Origin: a virus
Taxonomy: Duplodnaviria; Caudoviricetes
Virus record (IMG/VR): IMGVR_UViG_3300033182_000816
Coordinates: 1 to 63,890 of that record
Reading direction: 5' to 3' (one strand)
Length of the DNA: 63,890 nt
The notes under the pieces were generated by a model. It did no database searches, was not told the DNA's origin, and saw only the letters and a program-made list of their open reading frames with translations. The translations under genes and the position numbers were made by a program. This document shows positions 37,737 to 47,520 of the stretch, piece by piece (position 1 is the stretch's first letter; the number at the start of each line of letters is the position of its first letter).

Positions 37737-39580
37737 TGGCAAGAAAACATTTAACACCAGGAAATCCTCCCTTACTGTGGAATAGCGTCAAAGAAGCGTT
37801 TGATGACATTAATACTAACTTCCTCGAACTGTATGCATCAGTTGGAAGCGGTAATGCTATCGACTTAACACAATTAGAAACAAGTATGATTCCAGGAACC
37901 ACTGGAGATTATGTTTTAGGTCAATACGACAAACGTTGGAAAGAAGTTCATATAAATGAATACATTTCCGGTACAGGAGAAACAAACGGACTTTGGCTTG
38001 GATTAGCTCAAATAAAAGGTATGGGCTCAACAGTTGATCTTCCAATTAATTCAACTGTAGGCGGAGAACTAATTAATAATCCAGACTATACATTCTTTAA
38101 AGAAGTACAGGTTGACAACGACAGTGTTGTAGTTGCAAATGAAGTTGTAGACAGTATTAATTTGTTAAGCGGCACTGCTATTAGAATGTCTGTTGACAGT
38201 TCTGCTGAAAGCATTACTATTGATAACATTGGTGTTACAACCGCTATTGCCGGTCAAGGTATTAGTGTTAGCAGTGCAACAGGTGCAGTAACAGTTAGAA
38301 ATACAGGCGTACTAAGTTTAACAAACGGTAGTGTACTACCTCCAGGACTTGCATCTGGAAGTGGTATTAAAGCAAGTTCGTCTACAGGTAATATTGTATT
38401 AACAAATACAGGTGTAATTGATATTGACCAAGGTTACGGTATTACTGTTTCAAGAGATGACTCAACTGGTATTGTAACAATTACCAACTCTGCTCCAATG
38501 CAGGTTGCATTTAGAACACTTTATGTAACAGGAACAAATTTAGTTACTGATGGTATAGTTGCTGATAGCACATCGGATCAATTAAACTTTACAGCAGGAT
38601 ACGGTATGATTTTAACTCCAACTGCTGTTAATGATACATTAACATTTAGTATTGATCAACACATTGATATTTACGGTAGTGTTTTCGCTCCAGACAGTAG
38701 TGTAATGGTTGATACTATTGACCAGAAGATTAATGCCGTGGGAGGTTTTACTGGTGACTTAACCGGTGACGTAGTTGGTAACGTAACCGGTAACGTTCAA
38801 GGTGATGTAACTGGTGATGTAACTGGTAACGTTACAACTAATAGCATTGTAAGCACAAGCGGAAACATTGTAATAGAAGCAGACAACTATGTTACAATTA
38901 ATAGTGCCAATAACGGCCAACTTGAAATTGGAACAGCAAGTGGCGCAGGAAACGTCATCATTGGTAATAAAACCAACGGCACAGACGTTAACATCAATGG
39001 TGATGTTATTATGGATGCTGGAACTACTATTACTGGTGATTTAATTGGTGATGTAACTGGTAACATTAGTGGAACAGCACATACAGGTAACTTAACTGGT
39101 AATGTTACAGGTAATGTCGTAGGTAATGTAGTTGGTGACTTAACAGGTTCAGTATTTGCAGACGATAGCACAATGATTGTTAACAGCACTGATGGAACTG
39201 TTCATGCTAAGATTTATACACAATCTGTTGTACACAGCACACTCGAAAGTGTAGGTGGTTCAGATGCATCAAATCCTACAGCACTTGACTTAACTAAGTC
39301 AGTACAGGTACTTGATTCAGCAGACACCAACGATGATACATTTAGTTTAGCGGACGGGGAGGAAGGTCAAATTATGTACTTTGTTCCAAAGGGAACAAGC
39401 ACAGCAGGTATCTACATTATTGTAGATAATGCACGAAGATGGAACGCGACACAATTTGAAACTACGGCAACGTTTGCTTGGGTTCCATTTGATGTAGACG
39501 GCGGCACAAACTTTAAGAGTTTAGCAATGGCAGTGTTTACAGACGGTGCCTGGAACTTAGATGGTTACGTGGCAGGTTAA
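37736..39580 (+). CDS. Tail fibre protein
   Basis: AF..IN.NF.ELY N-terminus, G.GI.V repeats, G(D/N)(V/L)TG runs, GSVFADDS. Confidence 0.75.
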   Translation: MARKHLTPGNPPLLWNSVKEAFDDINTNFLELYASVGSGNAIDLTQLETSMIPGTTGDYVLGQYDKRWKEVHINEYISGTGETNGLWLGLAQIKGMGSTVDLPINSTVGGELINNPDYTFFKEVQVDNDSVVVANEVVDSINLLSGTAIRMSVDSSAESITIDNIGVTTAIAGQGISVSSATGAVTVRNTGVLSLTNGSVLPPGLASGSGIKASSSTGNIVLTNTGVIDIDQGYGITVSRDDSTGIVTITNSAPMQVAFRTLYVTGTNLVTDGIVADSTSDQLNFTAGYGMILTPTAVNDTLTFSIDQHIDIYGSVFAPDSSVMVDTIDQKINAVGGFTGDLTGDVVGNVTGNVQGDVTGDVTGNVTTNSIVSTSGNIVIEADNYVTINSANNGQLEIGTASGAGNVIIGNKTNGTDVNINGDVIMDAGTTITGDLIGDVTGNISGTAHTGNLTGNVTGNVVGNVVGDLTGSVFADDSTMIVNSTDGTVHAKIYTQSVVHSTLESVGGSDASNPTALDLTKSVQVLDSADTNDDTFSLADGEEGQIMYFVPKGTSTAGIYIIVDNARRWNATQFETTATFAWVPFDVDGGTNFKSLAMAVFTDGAWNLDGYVAG

Positions 39581-39593
39581 GGAGCGAAGATAA

Positions 39594-39863
39594 ATGAGTA
39601 AGCAAACAGTAAACATAGGTACAAGTGCTAACGATAGAACAGGTGATAATCTTCGTACTGCCTTTAATAAGATTAATGAAAACTTTACGGAGTTATACAA
39701 AGGCGTAATTACACAAACAGTTCCAACAACAAGTGCAGGAGCAACTGGCGATGTTGCAGGCATGATGGCTATCGATAACGATTACATTTATATTTGTGTT
39801 GCTGATTACGATAACAGTACACAGATTTGGAAAAGAATTCCATGGTCAGACGATTCGTGGTAA
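39594..39863 (+). CDS. Small fibre/baseplate adaptor protein
   Basis: gp9/gp10-like N-terminus; D.DYIYIC...IWKR C-terminal motif. Confidence 0.7.
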   Translation: MSKQTVNIGTSANDRTGDNLRTAFNKINENFTELYKGVITQTVPTTSAGATGDVAGMMAIDNDYIYICVADYDNSTQIWKRIPWSDDSW

Positions 39864-39877
39864 CAGGAGAGCGATAA

Positions 39878-40432
39878 ATGGCAGACTTACAAACAATTAA
39901 TATTGGTAACTTAGTAAATGACGGGCTTGGCGATGATTTGCGCACCGCTTTCCAAAAAGTAAATGCTAACTTCGAATCGCTCAATGCGGCATTAACTGTT
40001 ACAGCAAGTAACTTAGGTACAACAGGCGTAAATGTTTTTAAACAAAAAACAGATTCTAATTTAGAATTTAGAAAACTTGTTGCTGGCACAAAAATTTTAC
40101 TTGACGAGCAAGATAGTGGCATTGTTATTAGCTCAACAGTAGCTCAGGCATTTGAACGCATTGATACAAATGCAGGGGTTGTTCAAGCAAATGCATTTAA
40201 AAACATTACATTACAAGGCGGGGACGATATTGATGTAAGCGCATTAGGCGGTGTACTTACTGTTAACAACGTTATTCCTGTAACACATATTCTAACATAT
40301 TATGATTTTGGACCAATTGGCGGAGAGTACGAAAACTCAGTACAACTGGCATTACAATCGTCAAATATGGATTTTGGAACATTTACATATGAATCAATGT
40401 TAAACGTTGATTGCGGACCGTTGTTAGTATAA
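39878..40432 (+). CDS. Fibre/baseplate protein
   Basis: INIG...NDGLGDDLRTAFQKVN.NF; LEFRKLVAG. Confidence 0.7.
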   Translation: MADLQTINIGNLVNDGLGDDLRTAFQKVNANFESLNAALTVTASNLGTTGVNVFKQKTDSNLEFRKLVAGTKILLDEQDSGIVISSTVAQAFERIDTNAGVVQANAFKNITLQGGDDIDVSALGGVLTVNNVIPVTHILTYYDFGPIGGEYENSVQLALQSSNMDFGTFTYESMLNVDCGPLLV

Positions 40433-40443
40433 GGGGGTACTAA

Positions 40444-42078
40444 GTGGCAGTAACTTGGACAACAGCAGGCGGTGATTTAGGTACACTTGTTGAAAGACAA
40501 ATTGTTCAAATTCCACTCCAAGCAAGCTCTGATGTTGGCGATATTACATACAGTGTTATCGCTGGTGCACTACCTAACGGATTACGATTATCAGAGAACT
40601 TTATCGTAGGAAGCCCTACTGAAGTTAGTCGGTTTACTGAAAAACGGTTTGTTATAAGAGCAGACGACGGTGTAGATAAAAAAGATAGAACATTTAATTT
40701 AAAAATTGACGGTGCTGATATTCCTGAGTGGATCACAGAAGCAGGGTTCCTTAATGTTGGCCAAGGACAGGCATACTTTGTGCTTGACAACAGTCATGTT
40801 GATTTCCAACTTGAGGCGACCGACACTGATATTACAGCAGGAGAAACATTAAGTTATTACTTGGTTCCAAATGGCGGCTTGTTACCTGCAGGGTTATCAA
40901 TGTCCAGAGATGGTAAAATTTCTGGATTTACACAGCCTATATTCTTTACAGATTTTAATAACAACCCTAACGGAGCATACGATACACAATCATATGATAG
41001 TATGCCTCATGATATTGCACAAGCAAAGTCAAACGGTTTTGATACATTCTTTTATGATAATACAACATATGATTATAATGAGCCCAGTAGAACTCCTAAA
41101 AGATTAAGCAGAGTATATTCTTTTACGGTTGCTGTTACAGACGGTGTAAATGTTGTAACAGAAATATTTAAAATTTACGTTGTAACTGAAGAATTCTTAC
41201 AAGCAGATAATAGTATCTTACAAGTTGATACTAACTTATTCCAAGCAGACTCTGCTGCTGATAGAGTTCCATTCTGGGTTACAGATCCATATTTAGGCCG
41301 TTGGAGAGCAAACAACTTCATTACCATACGTTTAGATGTGTATGATCCACCAAGTTTACCAGGGACAATCACGTATTTCTTACTACCTGAAAATCCAGAC
41401 GGATCGCCGAGTGTGTTGCCACCGGGCATGGAAATTGATTCTATTACAGGAGATATTGCAGGTAAAGTTCCTTATCAGGCTGCTGTAACTAAAAACTATC
41501 AATTTACAATGCAGGCAGTAAACTTTCCAGCGGTACTTGCAGAAACAAATTACACACTAAGAGGCACGTGGAGTTCGACAACTACGTATGCTCAAAATGA
41601 TGCTGTTAAGTTTGACGGGTTTATTTACATATCTTTACAAGATCATAGAAACCAATTACCAACAGAGCCCAATAGTGCTTATTGGGAATTAGGTGTAACA
41701 ACTTCAGAAAGAACATTCTCAATTGATTTAATTGGTGAAATTGAAAGTGCTATACAATGGGTGTCAAACACTTCATTAGGTACAATCAAACCTAATCAAC
41801 CAAGTAAACTAAAAGTTGAAGCACAATCTGCAGGATACGGAAACAGAGTTAGTTTTGAAATTATTGACGGAAAACTACCACCAGGGCTACAATTTTTACC
41901 ATCGGGCGAAATTGTAGGCAAGGTTAGACAGTTTGCTACTACAGCAGAATTTGGTTTAACAAGAATTATCGAAGGTGGCGGCATAACAGTTGATATACCT
42001 TATATTGACACAATTAACTTTAGTAGTTCAGTCACATCATTTGACTCGCTAAATATTACATTCGACGGAGACTTTTAA
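40444..42078 (+). CDS. Ig-repeat (He_PIG-like) baseplate protein, N-terminal part, with inserted CBM5/12-like module
   Basis: Four G.LP.G(L/M) Ig repeats; W.STTTY..ND.V...G..Y...YW module at 41569-41691; fourth repeat incomplete. Confidence 0.7.
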   Translation: MAVTWTTAGGDLGTLVERQIVQIPLQASSDVGDITYSVIAGALPNGLRLSENFIVGSPTEVSRFTEKRFVIRADDGVDKKDRTFNLKIDGADIPEWITEAGFLNVGQGQAYFVLDNSHVDFQLEATDTDITAGETLSYYLVPNGGLLPAGLSMSRDGKISGFTQPIFFTDFNNNPNGAYDTQSYDSMPHDIAQAKSNGFDTFFYDNTTYDYNEPSRTPKRLSRVYSFTVAVTDGVNVVTEIFKIYVVTEEFLQADNSILQVDTNLFQADSAADRVPFWVTDPYLGRWRANNFITIRLDVYDPPSLPGTITYFLLPENPDGSPSVLPPGMEIDSITGDIAGKVPYQAAVTKNYQFTMQAVNFPAVLAETNYTLRGTWSSTTTYAQNDAVKFDGFIYISLQDHRNQLPTEPNSAYWELGVTTSERTFSIDLIGEIESAIQWVSNTSLGTIKPNQPSKLKVEAQSAGYGNRVSFEIIDGKLPPGLQFLPSGEIVGKVRQFATTAEFGLTRIIEGGGITVDIPYIDTINFSSSVTSFDSLNITFDGDF

Positions 42079-43766
42079 TGGCGAAAAGTATAATCTATAC
42101 AGGCTCACAATCAAACGACGGAACAGGTGATTCGCTCCGTAGCGGTGCAGCCAAAATTAATAACAACTTTACTGAGATTTATAACAAACTTGGTGATGGT
42201 GCAGAACTGCTGACAAAAGATTTAGACTTAGGTGAAAACAAGATTTACTTTAAAAATAGTGTTGCTACACCAACAGAATTAAATTCATTTAATGGATCAA
42301 AATATCAAGGAATGGTAATTCATGTAGAATCCGAAGGTGCATTATATTACGGCACTAACGGCACATGGAGAAAGATAATTACAGACACATCTGATGGTTT
42401 ACAAACGCCATATGTAAATCCATTAAGTACTGTTGCGTATACTGGTCGATTAACAGACTTAGGTATTGATGATGGTGTGCAAGATGATGTTCTTACTTCA
42501 AATGGCGACGGAACATTTTCTTTTAAGTCAGTATCAGCAGCAGCAAATACAAACGCTTTCACACTCGAAGGACAGGTTGGAAGTTATTACCTGAATTGGT
42601 CTAACTTTACTAATACTCCGTCTACTTTGCAAGGTTATGGAATTACAAATGCATTTAGTGGTAACTACAACGACTTGTCAGGAAAGCCTACACTTTTTGA
42701 TGGGGACTATAGTAGTTTAACAAACAAACCAACTATTCCTGAAGACTTATCAGATTTAACTGATACTACAGGATTAGTGTTTAGTAAAGATTATAATGAC
42801 CTTACAAACAAACCGATAATTCCAGCAACAATTGACGATTTAGGAGATGTTAGTTTGTCAGGAGTTGCATCAGGAAAAACTCTTGTATGGAATGGATTGC
42901 AATTTATTCCACAAACTCCATTCAGCGGTAGTTATTTAGATTTATCAAATACTCCTCAGTTTTCCGCAGTAGCAACATCCGGTGATTATGCAGATTTATC
43001 AAATACTCCTTCTGCGTTTGATGCTATTTCAATTACCAATGCTTCGAGCATAGGGTTCGCAGTTGGTGTTGGCATTAACGAATTTAGTAGCGATATTACT
43101 CTTGCTGGAAACAGTAACCTTGCTGTACCAACTGAAAAGGCTGTAAAGAATTATGTAGACACAGCAATTGCAGGGTTCAGTGCTGTAGGTAACTTTGACT
43201 TTACAGGTAGTACGATTAGTACTGCTGATAGTTCTGCTATTATAGTTCAACAAAGTGTGCAACTTTACAGTGATCTAAATGTTGGCAATAATGTTATTAT
43301 TGATAATGATTTAGACGTAGCGGGAAATCTTACAGCAGGAGAATTTCATTCTACAGGAACAGGATCTCCTCAGATTATTTCAGAAGGTGACATTACACTT
43401 ACTGCTCCGGGACAAATTAACTTAGACACACCAACATTAAGTGTTACATCGGTTTCTTTTAACGGTAACATTACATTTGTTAATAACTTAAACAACGTTA
43501 TGAGTGTTTCAAACGGTGGCACACAAATTGGTCTAAATGGATCAAATGTTGAGATTGGATCACTTAATTCAACTTGTACATTTGTCAACGGCACACAAAC
43601 TATCATGAATGTCTATCAATTAGTTGTTAGGACATCAGAACCACCAAGTCCAACTAACGGAATGGTTACTATTGCAGACGGAACAACTTGGAATCCAACA
43701 GGTACAGGCGTACAAACTATGGTAGTTCGTTTAGGTGGCGCTTGGAAAACAATAGCATCAGCATAA
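42078..43766 (+). CDS. Tail fibre protein
   Basis: gp9/gp10-like N-terminus; five (F/S)..(D/N/S)Y.(D/S)L...P repeats; INEFS.D...VPTE.AVK.YVD. Confidence 0.75.
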   Translation: MAKSIIYTGSQSNDGTGDSLRSGAAKINNNFTEIYNKLGDGAELLTKDLDLGENKIYFKNSVATPTELNSFNGSKYQGMVIHVESEGALYYGTNGTWRKIITDTSDGLQTPYVNPLSTVAYTGRLTDLGIDDGVQDDVLTSNGDGTFSFKSVSAAANTNAFTLEGQVGSYYLNWSNFTNTPSTLQGYGITNAFSGNYNDLSGKPTLFDGDYSSLTNKPTIPEDLSDLTDTTGLVFSKDYNDLTNKPIIPATIDDLGDVSLSGVASGKTLVWNGLQFIPQTPFSGSYLDLSNTPQFSAVATSGDYADLSNTPSAFDAISITNASSIGFAVGVGINEFSSDITLAGNSNLAVPTEKAVKNYVDTAIAGFSAVGNFDFTGSTISTADSSAIIVQQSVQLYSDLNVGNNVIIDNDLDVAGNLTAGEFHSTGTGSPQIISEGDITLTAPGQINLDTPTLSVTSVSFNGNITFVNNLNNVMSVSNGGTQIGLNGSNVEIGSLNSTCTFVNGTQTIMNVYQLVVRTSEPPSPTNGMVTIADGTTWNPTGTGVQTMVVRLGGAWKTIASA

Positions 43767-43775
43767 GGTTAAAAT

Positions 43776-45782
43776 ATGTCAGAAACTAAAGTCTATCAAA
43801 TTAGTGTTAACGAACCAGCAGACTGGGAAATTGTTCATGAGTTATTAACAAGAGACGGAACATTAGAAGATAATATTCCTCCTCGAGGCGTCGCGGCTAC
43901 TGATACAAAAGAACACAGTCCAACACGTTCATCATATTTAATGACTGAAGAGGAAGCACTTGAGTTAAGTAAGCACCCTAAAATACAGTTTGTTAATATT
44001 GATTACAACTATTATAAGGACGACTTTAAAGCGCCGCCGGAAGAACTTGCAACGTTAACACCTCAGTTGCAAGAACGATATCAAACAAATGTAAGAAACT
44101 ATAGAGAATTTGAGAATAGTAACCTGCTACCTAATCTGGCAGATTGGACGCCGGAATATAATAGATCCGGATATCAACTATTAAGGTGTCAGCAAAAACG
44201 AGATCCGTGGATTGCAGGATCGTTAGCAGATAATGCTGTTATCTCCAGTAACATAAGTCAATACGGAACCGGTAAAGATGTTGATGTAATAGTTGGTGAC
44301 GACGGTTGTTGGTTTGGCCATCCTGAATTTAATAGTGCAACCGATTATCCAAAACCAGATGGATATACAGGTGGCAATGTATTACCTGGGAACGGAACTT
44401 GTGATGTATTAGATTTATTATTAGATAGTCCGTATTATTTAGATCCTGCTTGGTTTAACGCTGATCCAGGTAACAGACTCGAAACACGCTGGGACGGAAC
44501 AATTGTTCCACAAGAGGCAGAAGCGTTAAATTGGTGGGCTCTTACCGCAAATAGATCTGCAGCGTTTTCTGCAATGGGTACTGTAGATTTAAGACTTAGT
44601 GGTTATACACGATCAAGAAATAATGGTTCTAATACTTCACTATCTACATATGGACAACACGGAACTCCGTGTTCTGCATTAACATTTGGAAGATCGCAAG
44701 GTTGGGCTTATAATGCTAATAAATGGTTTGTTCAGGTGTATAACTATTACGGAACAGACATTGAACCATACTTCGATCTTTTAAAATTATTCCATCAATA
44801 TAAACCAGTTAACACAAAATACGGAACAAAAAATCCCACTATTAACTCAAACAGTTGGGGATATCGTGCAAGTAAAGGTGTTACAAACGGATACTATCAT
44901 CATAGGAATGTAGCGACCCAATACGGTGGTGTTAGTAACGAACCTGACTTTATTTCACATTTAGGGCAAACAGGTGACGGGGGACGTTGGAAATCAGAAA
45001 TGTACGATAACAGTTACACTCAAGCCGGTAAAGAAATGATCGATGCTGGTGTAATTTTTGTTGTCGCTTCTGGTAACTCTAACCAAAAACAAGTTGGAGA
45101 CACACATCCTGATTGGGAGAACCGTGTAAGTGCAAACGAAACTGACGGTGTTTATGATAGTACGTTTTACGAGTTTGGCATTGCTACTACAGGTACAACA
45201 AACAGGCGTGGGTTTCCTCAACAGTTAGGAAAGTACACAGAAGCCGGCCATGTTGTTTATCCTGCTATTAATGTAGGTGCTCTCGACGACGAGTGGAAAA
45301 CTGGTAAAGAATGTAAAGTTAACTACAGCGACCGAGGTGAACAAATTGATTTGTTTGCGCCTGCCGACGGGACACTTGCTGCTAATCACAGTTACGCCTC
45401 AGAAGGTTGGTATCCGGTAGCATATCCGGGACTGACTATTTCTGCAACCGATTGTGCGTTTGGTGGTACATCAGCAGCGTGTCCGGTAGCAACAGGGTTT
45501 CTTGCAACTGTATTAGAACATAATAGAGGATGGACGTGGCAAGATATAAAGAATTGGCTTGCTTCTTTAGATGATCAAGATGCGGCTGACTTTTATGTAG
45601 GGACAGAAACTACAACACCAACATCATCTAATTGGTTCGATTACAATAGTTTAGAAGGTGCATCTCCGAGAGTAATATATCAAGGAAACATTCAAATTTC
45701 TTCGAGAATGATTGCTTCAAGAAAAACTATTTCAGGTAGCGGGTTACGCATCAGCGGAAACTTAACAATAAAAGGCGGATAA
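43776..45782 (+). CDS. Subtilisin-like (S8) serine peptidase, probably virion-associated
   Basis: VDVIVGDDG (Asp), HGTPC (His), VASGN (oxyanion Asn), FGGTSAACP (Ser). Confidence 0.88.
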   Translation: MSETKVYQISVNEPADWEIVHELLTRDGTLEDNIPPRGVAATDTKEHSPTRSSYLMTEEEALELSKHPKIQFVNIDYNYYKDDFKAPPEELATLTPQLQERYQTNVRNYREFENSNLLPNLADWTPEYNRSGYQLLRCQQKRDPWIAGSLADNAVISSNISQYGTGKDVDVIVGDDGCWFGHPEFNSATDYPKPDGYTGGNVLPGNGTCDVLDLLLDSPYYLDPAWFNADPGNRLETRWDGTIVPQEAEALNWWALTANRSAAFSAMGTVDLRLSGYTRSRNNGSNTSLSTYGQHGTPCSALTFGRSQGWAYNANKWFVQVYNYYGTDIEPYFDLLKLFHQYKPVNTKYGTKNPTINSNSWGYRASKGVTNGYYHHRNVATQYGGVSNEPDFISHLGQTGDGGRWKSEMYDNSYTQAGKEMIDAGVIFVVASGNSNQKQVGDTHPDWENRVSANETDGVYDSTFYEFGIATTGTTNRRGFPQQLGKYTEAGHVVYPAINVGALDDEWKTGKECKVNYSDRGEQIDLFAPADGTLAANHSYASEGWYPVAYPGLTISATDCAFGGTSAACPVATGFLATVLEHNRGWTWQDIKNWLASLDDQDAADFYVGTETTTPTSSNWFDYNSLEGASPRVIYQGNIQISSRMIASRKTISGSGLRISGNLTIKGG

Positions 45783-46697
45783 ATGGCAATTGGCGAAATA
45801 ACACAATTCGACGGCGGCAACACAACATTCGATTTAGATTATCGCTTTACTGTTCGTGCGAGAGACTTTTCTGGTGTAGCTCAGAGAGAAAAAGATTTTA
45901 CTATATCTATACAGTCAGATACATCTATAAGTTATGCAAATGTTTTTGTTAAAGCAATGCAGAAAAAAGAAAAACGTCTAAATTGGTTTGACTTTATTAC
46001 AGATGCTACTATTTTTAAACCTAACGATATTTACAGATACGGTGACCGAAACTTTGGTGTACAAGCAGAATTAAAAATGCTTTTATTTGCAGGCATTGAA
46101 AGTGTAGATGCTGTTAGTTTTGTACAAGCACTGAGTAAAAATCATTACAGAAAACGTTTACAGTTTGGCGAAGTAAAACTTGCAAAAGGCAGAGATCCTG
46201 AAACTCAAGAAACGTTATATGAAGCAATTTATGTAGATATTATTGACCCTTACGAAAAAGAAGGAAAAAGTATTAGCGAAACTGTAAACCTATCGGATAA
46301 AATAGAAAGTAAGGTATTAGTAAGTTATGATGCTATTAAAATTGATAGCGACACTCCGTTAGTAAGTGACAGCGATCATCAAAGAATCTTTCCTAACTCT
46401 ATTAAAAATATGAGAAGAAGAGTTAAGAACGTAGGGGAGAGAGATAGAGAGTTCTTGCCATTATGGATGCGTAGTATTCAGGACAACACATTTGTAGAGC
46501 CTGGTTACACCAAAGCACTCGTTTTATGTTATGCTAAACCCGGTACAGGGTTAAATATTATGGCGAGAATTAGAGCATCTCAGTTTGATTTTAAAACGAT
46601 TGACTTTGAAGTAGATCGTTATATCATAGATATTATTGACGGGAATATTGAAGATAAATACCTTGCATTCCCTCAACGTGGAGAAAAAATACCGTGA
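45783..46697 (+). CDS. Baseplate protein, apparent C-terminal part of the 40444..42078 Ig-repeat gene
   Basis: Starts with FDGGNTTFD and YRFTVRARD (the missing end of an Ig repeat); IYR..D..FG, PNSI.NMR, LPLWM.S.Q. Confidence 0.65.
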   Translation: MAIGEITQFDGGNTTFDLDYRFTVRARDFSGVAQREKDFTISIQSDTSISYANVFVKAMQKKEKRLNWFDFITDATIFKPNDIYRYGDRNFGVQAELKMLLFAGIESVDAVSFVQALSKNHYRKRLQFGEVKLAKGRDPETQETLYEAIYVDIIDPYEKEGKSISETVNLSDKIESKVLVSYDAIKIDSDTPLVSDSDHQRIFPNSIKNMRRRVKNVGERDREFLPLWMRSIQDNTFVEPGYTKALVLCYAKPGTGLNIMARIRASQFDFKTIDFEVDRYIIDIIDGNIEDKYLAFPQRGEKIP

Positions 46698-47278
46698 GTA
46701 GCAATATAAATTATTTAAGTATTAATGAAAACTTTCCTGTGGCAGGTCAAGACAACGACACGCAGGTTTTTAGAGATAACTTTAACACTATCAAAAATAG
46801 TCTTAGAGAAGGTCAAACTGAAATTAGTGACCTACAGGAATATACAGCAAAAGTAAATGCAGATAATGATTTTAATCTTTATAAAATTCAAAATGCATTA
46901 TTACAGAACAACAGAACACAGAAGTTTGACGCTGGCGCTGTTTCGGCAAGTCCTACAACTATTGATTTCCAAAACGGTAGTTATCAAATTTATCGTGTAA
47001 GTGCTAATATCACAATGGACTTTTTAAACTTCCCAGGAGACCCTGTTTATACAGCAGAGATTACTCCTATTGGCGCAGGCGGAGTGAGATTAGAACTTTA
47101 CAGCACTGGTGGAAACTTTAATATTACATTCCAAACTTCAGGTGCAACAGTAATTAAGAAAGACGCAAGTTTTCCTTCAATCCTTACTTTAACTTCAGCA
47201 TCAGAACCTGTGTTCATTGATGTATGGAGACACAGTGCAGACGTTATCTATATGCGTTATTTAGGCACATTTGCATAA
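46694..47278 (+). CDS. Virion structural protein
   Basis: FPVAGQDNDTQVFRDNF..IK N-terminus; within the tail module; late box upstream. Confidence 0.6.
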   Translation: MSSNINYLSINENFPVAGQDNDTQVFRDNFNTIKNSLREGQTEISDLQEYTAKVNADNDFNLYKIQNALLQNNRTQKFDAGAVSASPTTIDFQNGSYQIYRVSANITMDFLNFPGDPVYTAEITPIGAGGVRLELYSTGGNFNITFQTSGATVIKKDASFPSILTLTSASEPVFIDVWRHSADVIYMRYLGTFA

Positions 47279-47520
47279 TGCTACACCCACTTGTTGATGA
47301 CCTATCCGAGCTCAAAGATTCTGAAGTAGAAGAAAAACTTCAAGAATTGAATAAAAAATACTTCACGGCTTCTCGGTTAGGCAATAATCAGGTCTTGACA
47401 CAACTGTCAACTCTTGTTACAATATACAGAGAAGAACTACAAAAACGTTATCTTGCTCAGAAAATTGCATTACAAGAGAACGACGGGGAAGATCTGGATA
47501 ACTTAATCAATGTGGACTAA
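47278..47520 (+). CDS. Hypothetical protein
   Basis: TAATG coupling; 80 aa helical. Confidence 0.55.
   Translation: MLHPLVDDLSELKDSEVEEKLQELNKKYFTASRLGNNQVLTQLSTLVTIYREELQKRYLAQKIALQENDGEDLDNLINVD
47395..47423 (+). promoter_or_regulatory. sigma70-type promoter with an inverted repeat over the -35
   Basis: TTGACA-N17-TACAAT; TTGACA-caac-TGTCAA palindrome 47395-47410. Confidence 0.6.

Noticed and set aside
38740-39150. GGTAAC/GGTGAT-rich low-complexity repeats
   Set aside because: They encode the ordinary G-(N/D)-(V/L)-T fibre repeat; no reverse transcriptase or TR/VR pair suggests a diversity-generating retroelement.
42078-45782. Insertion as a self-splicing intron, intein or transposon
   Set aside because: No non-coding ribozyme space, homing endonuclease, transposase or terminal repeats; it is two ordinary coupled genes.
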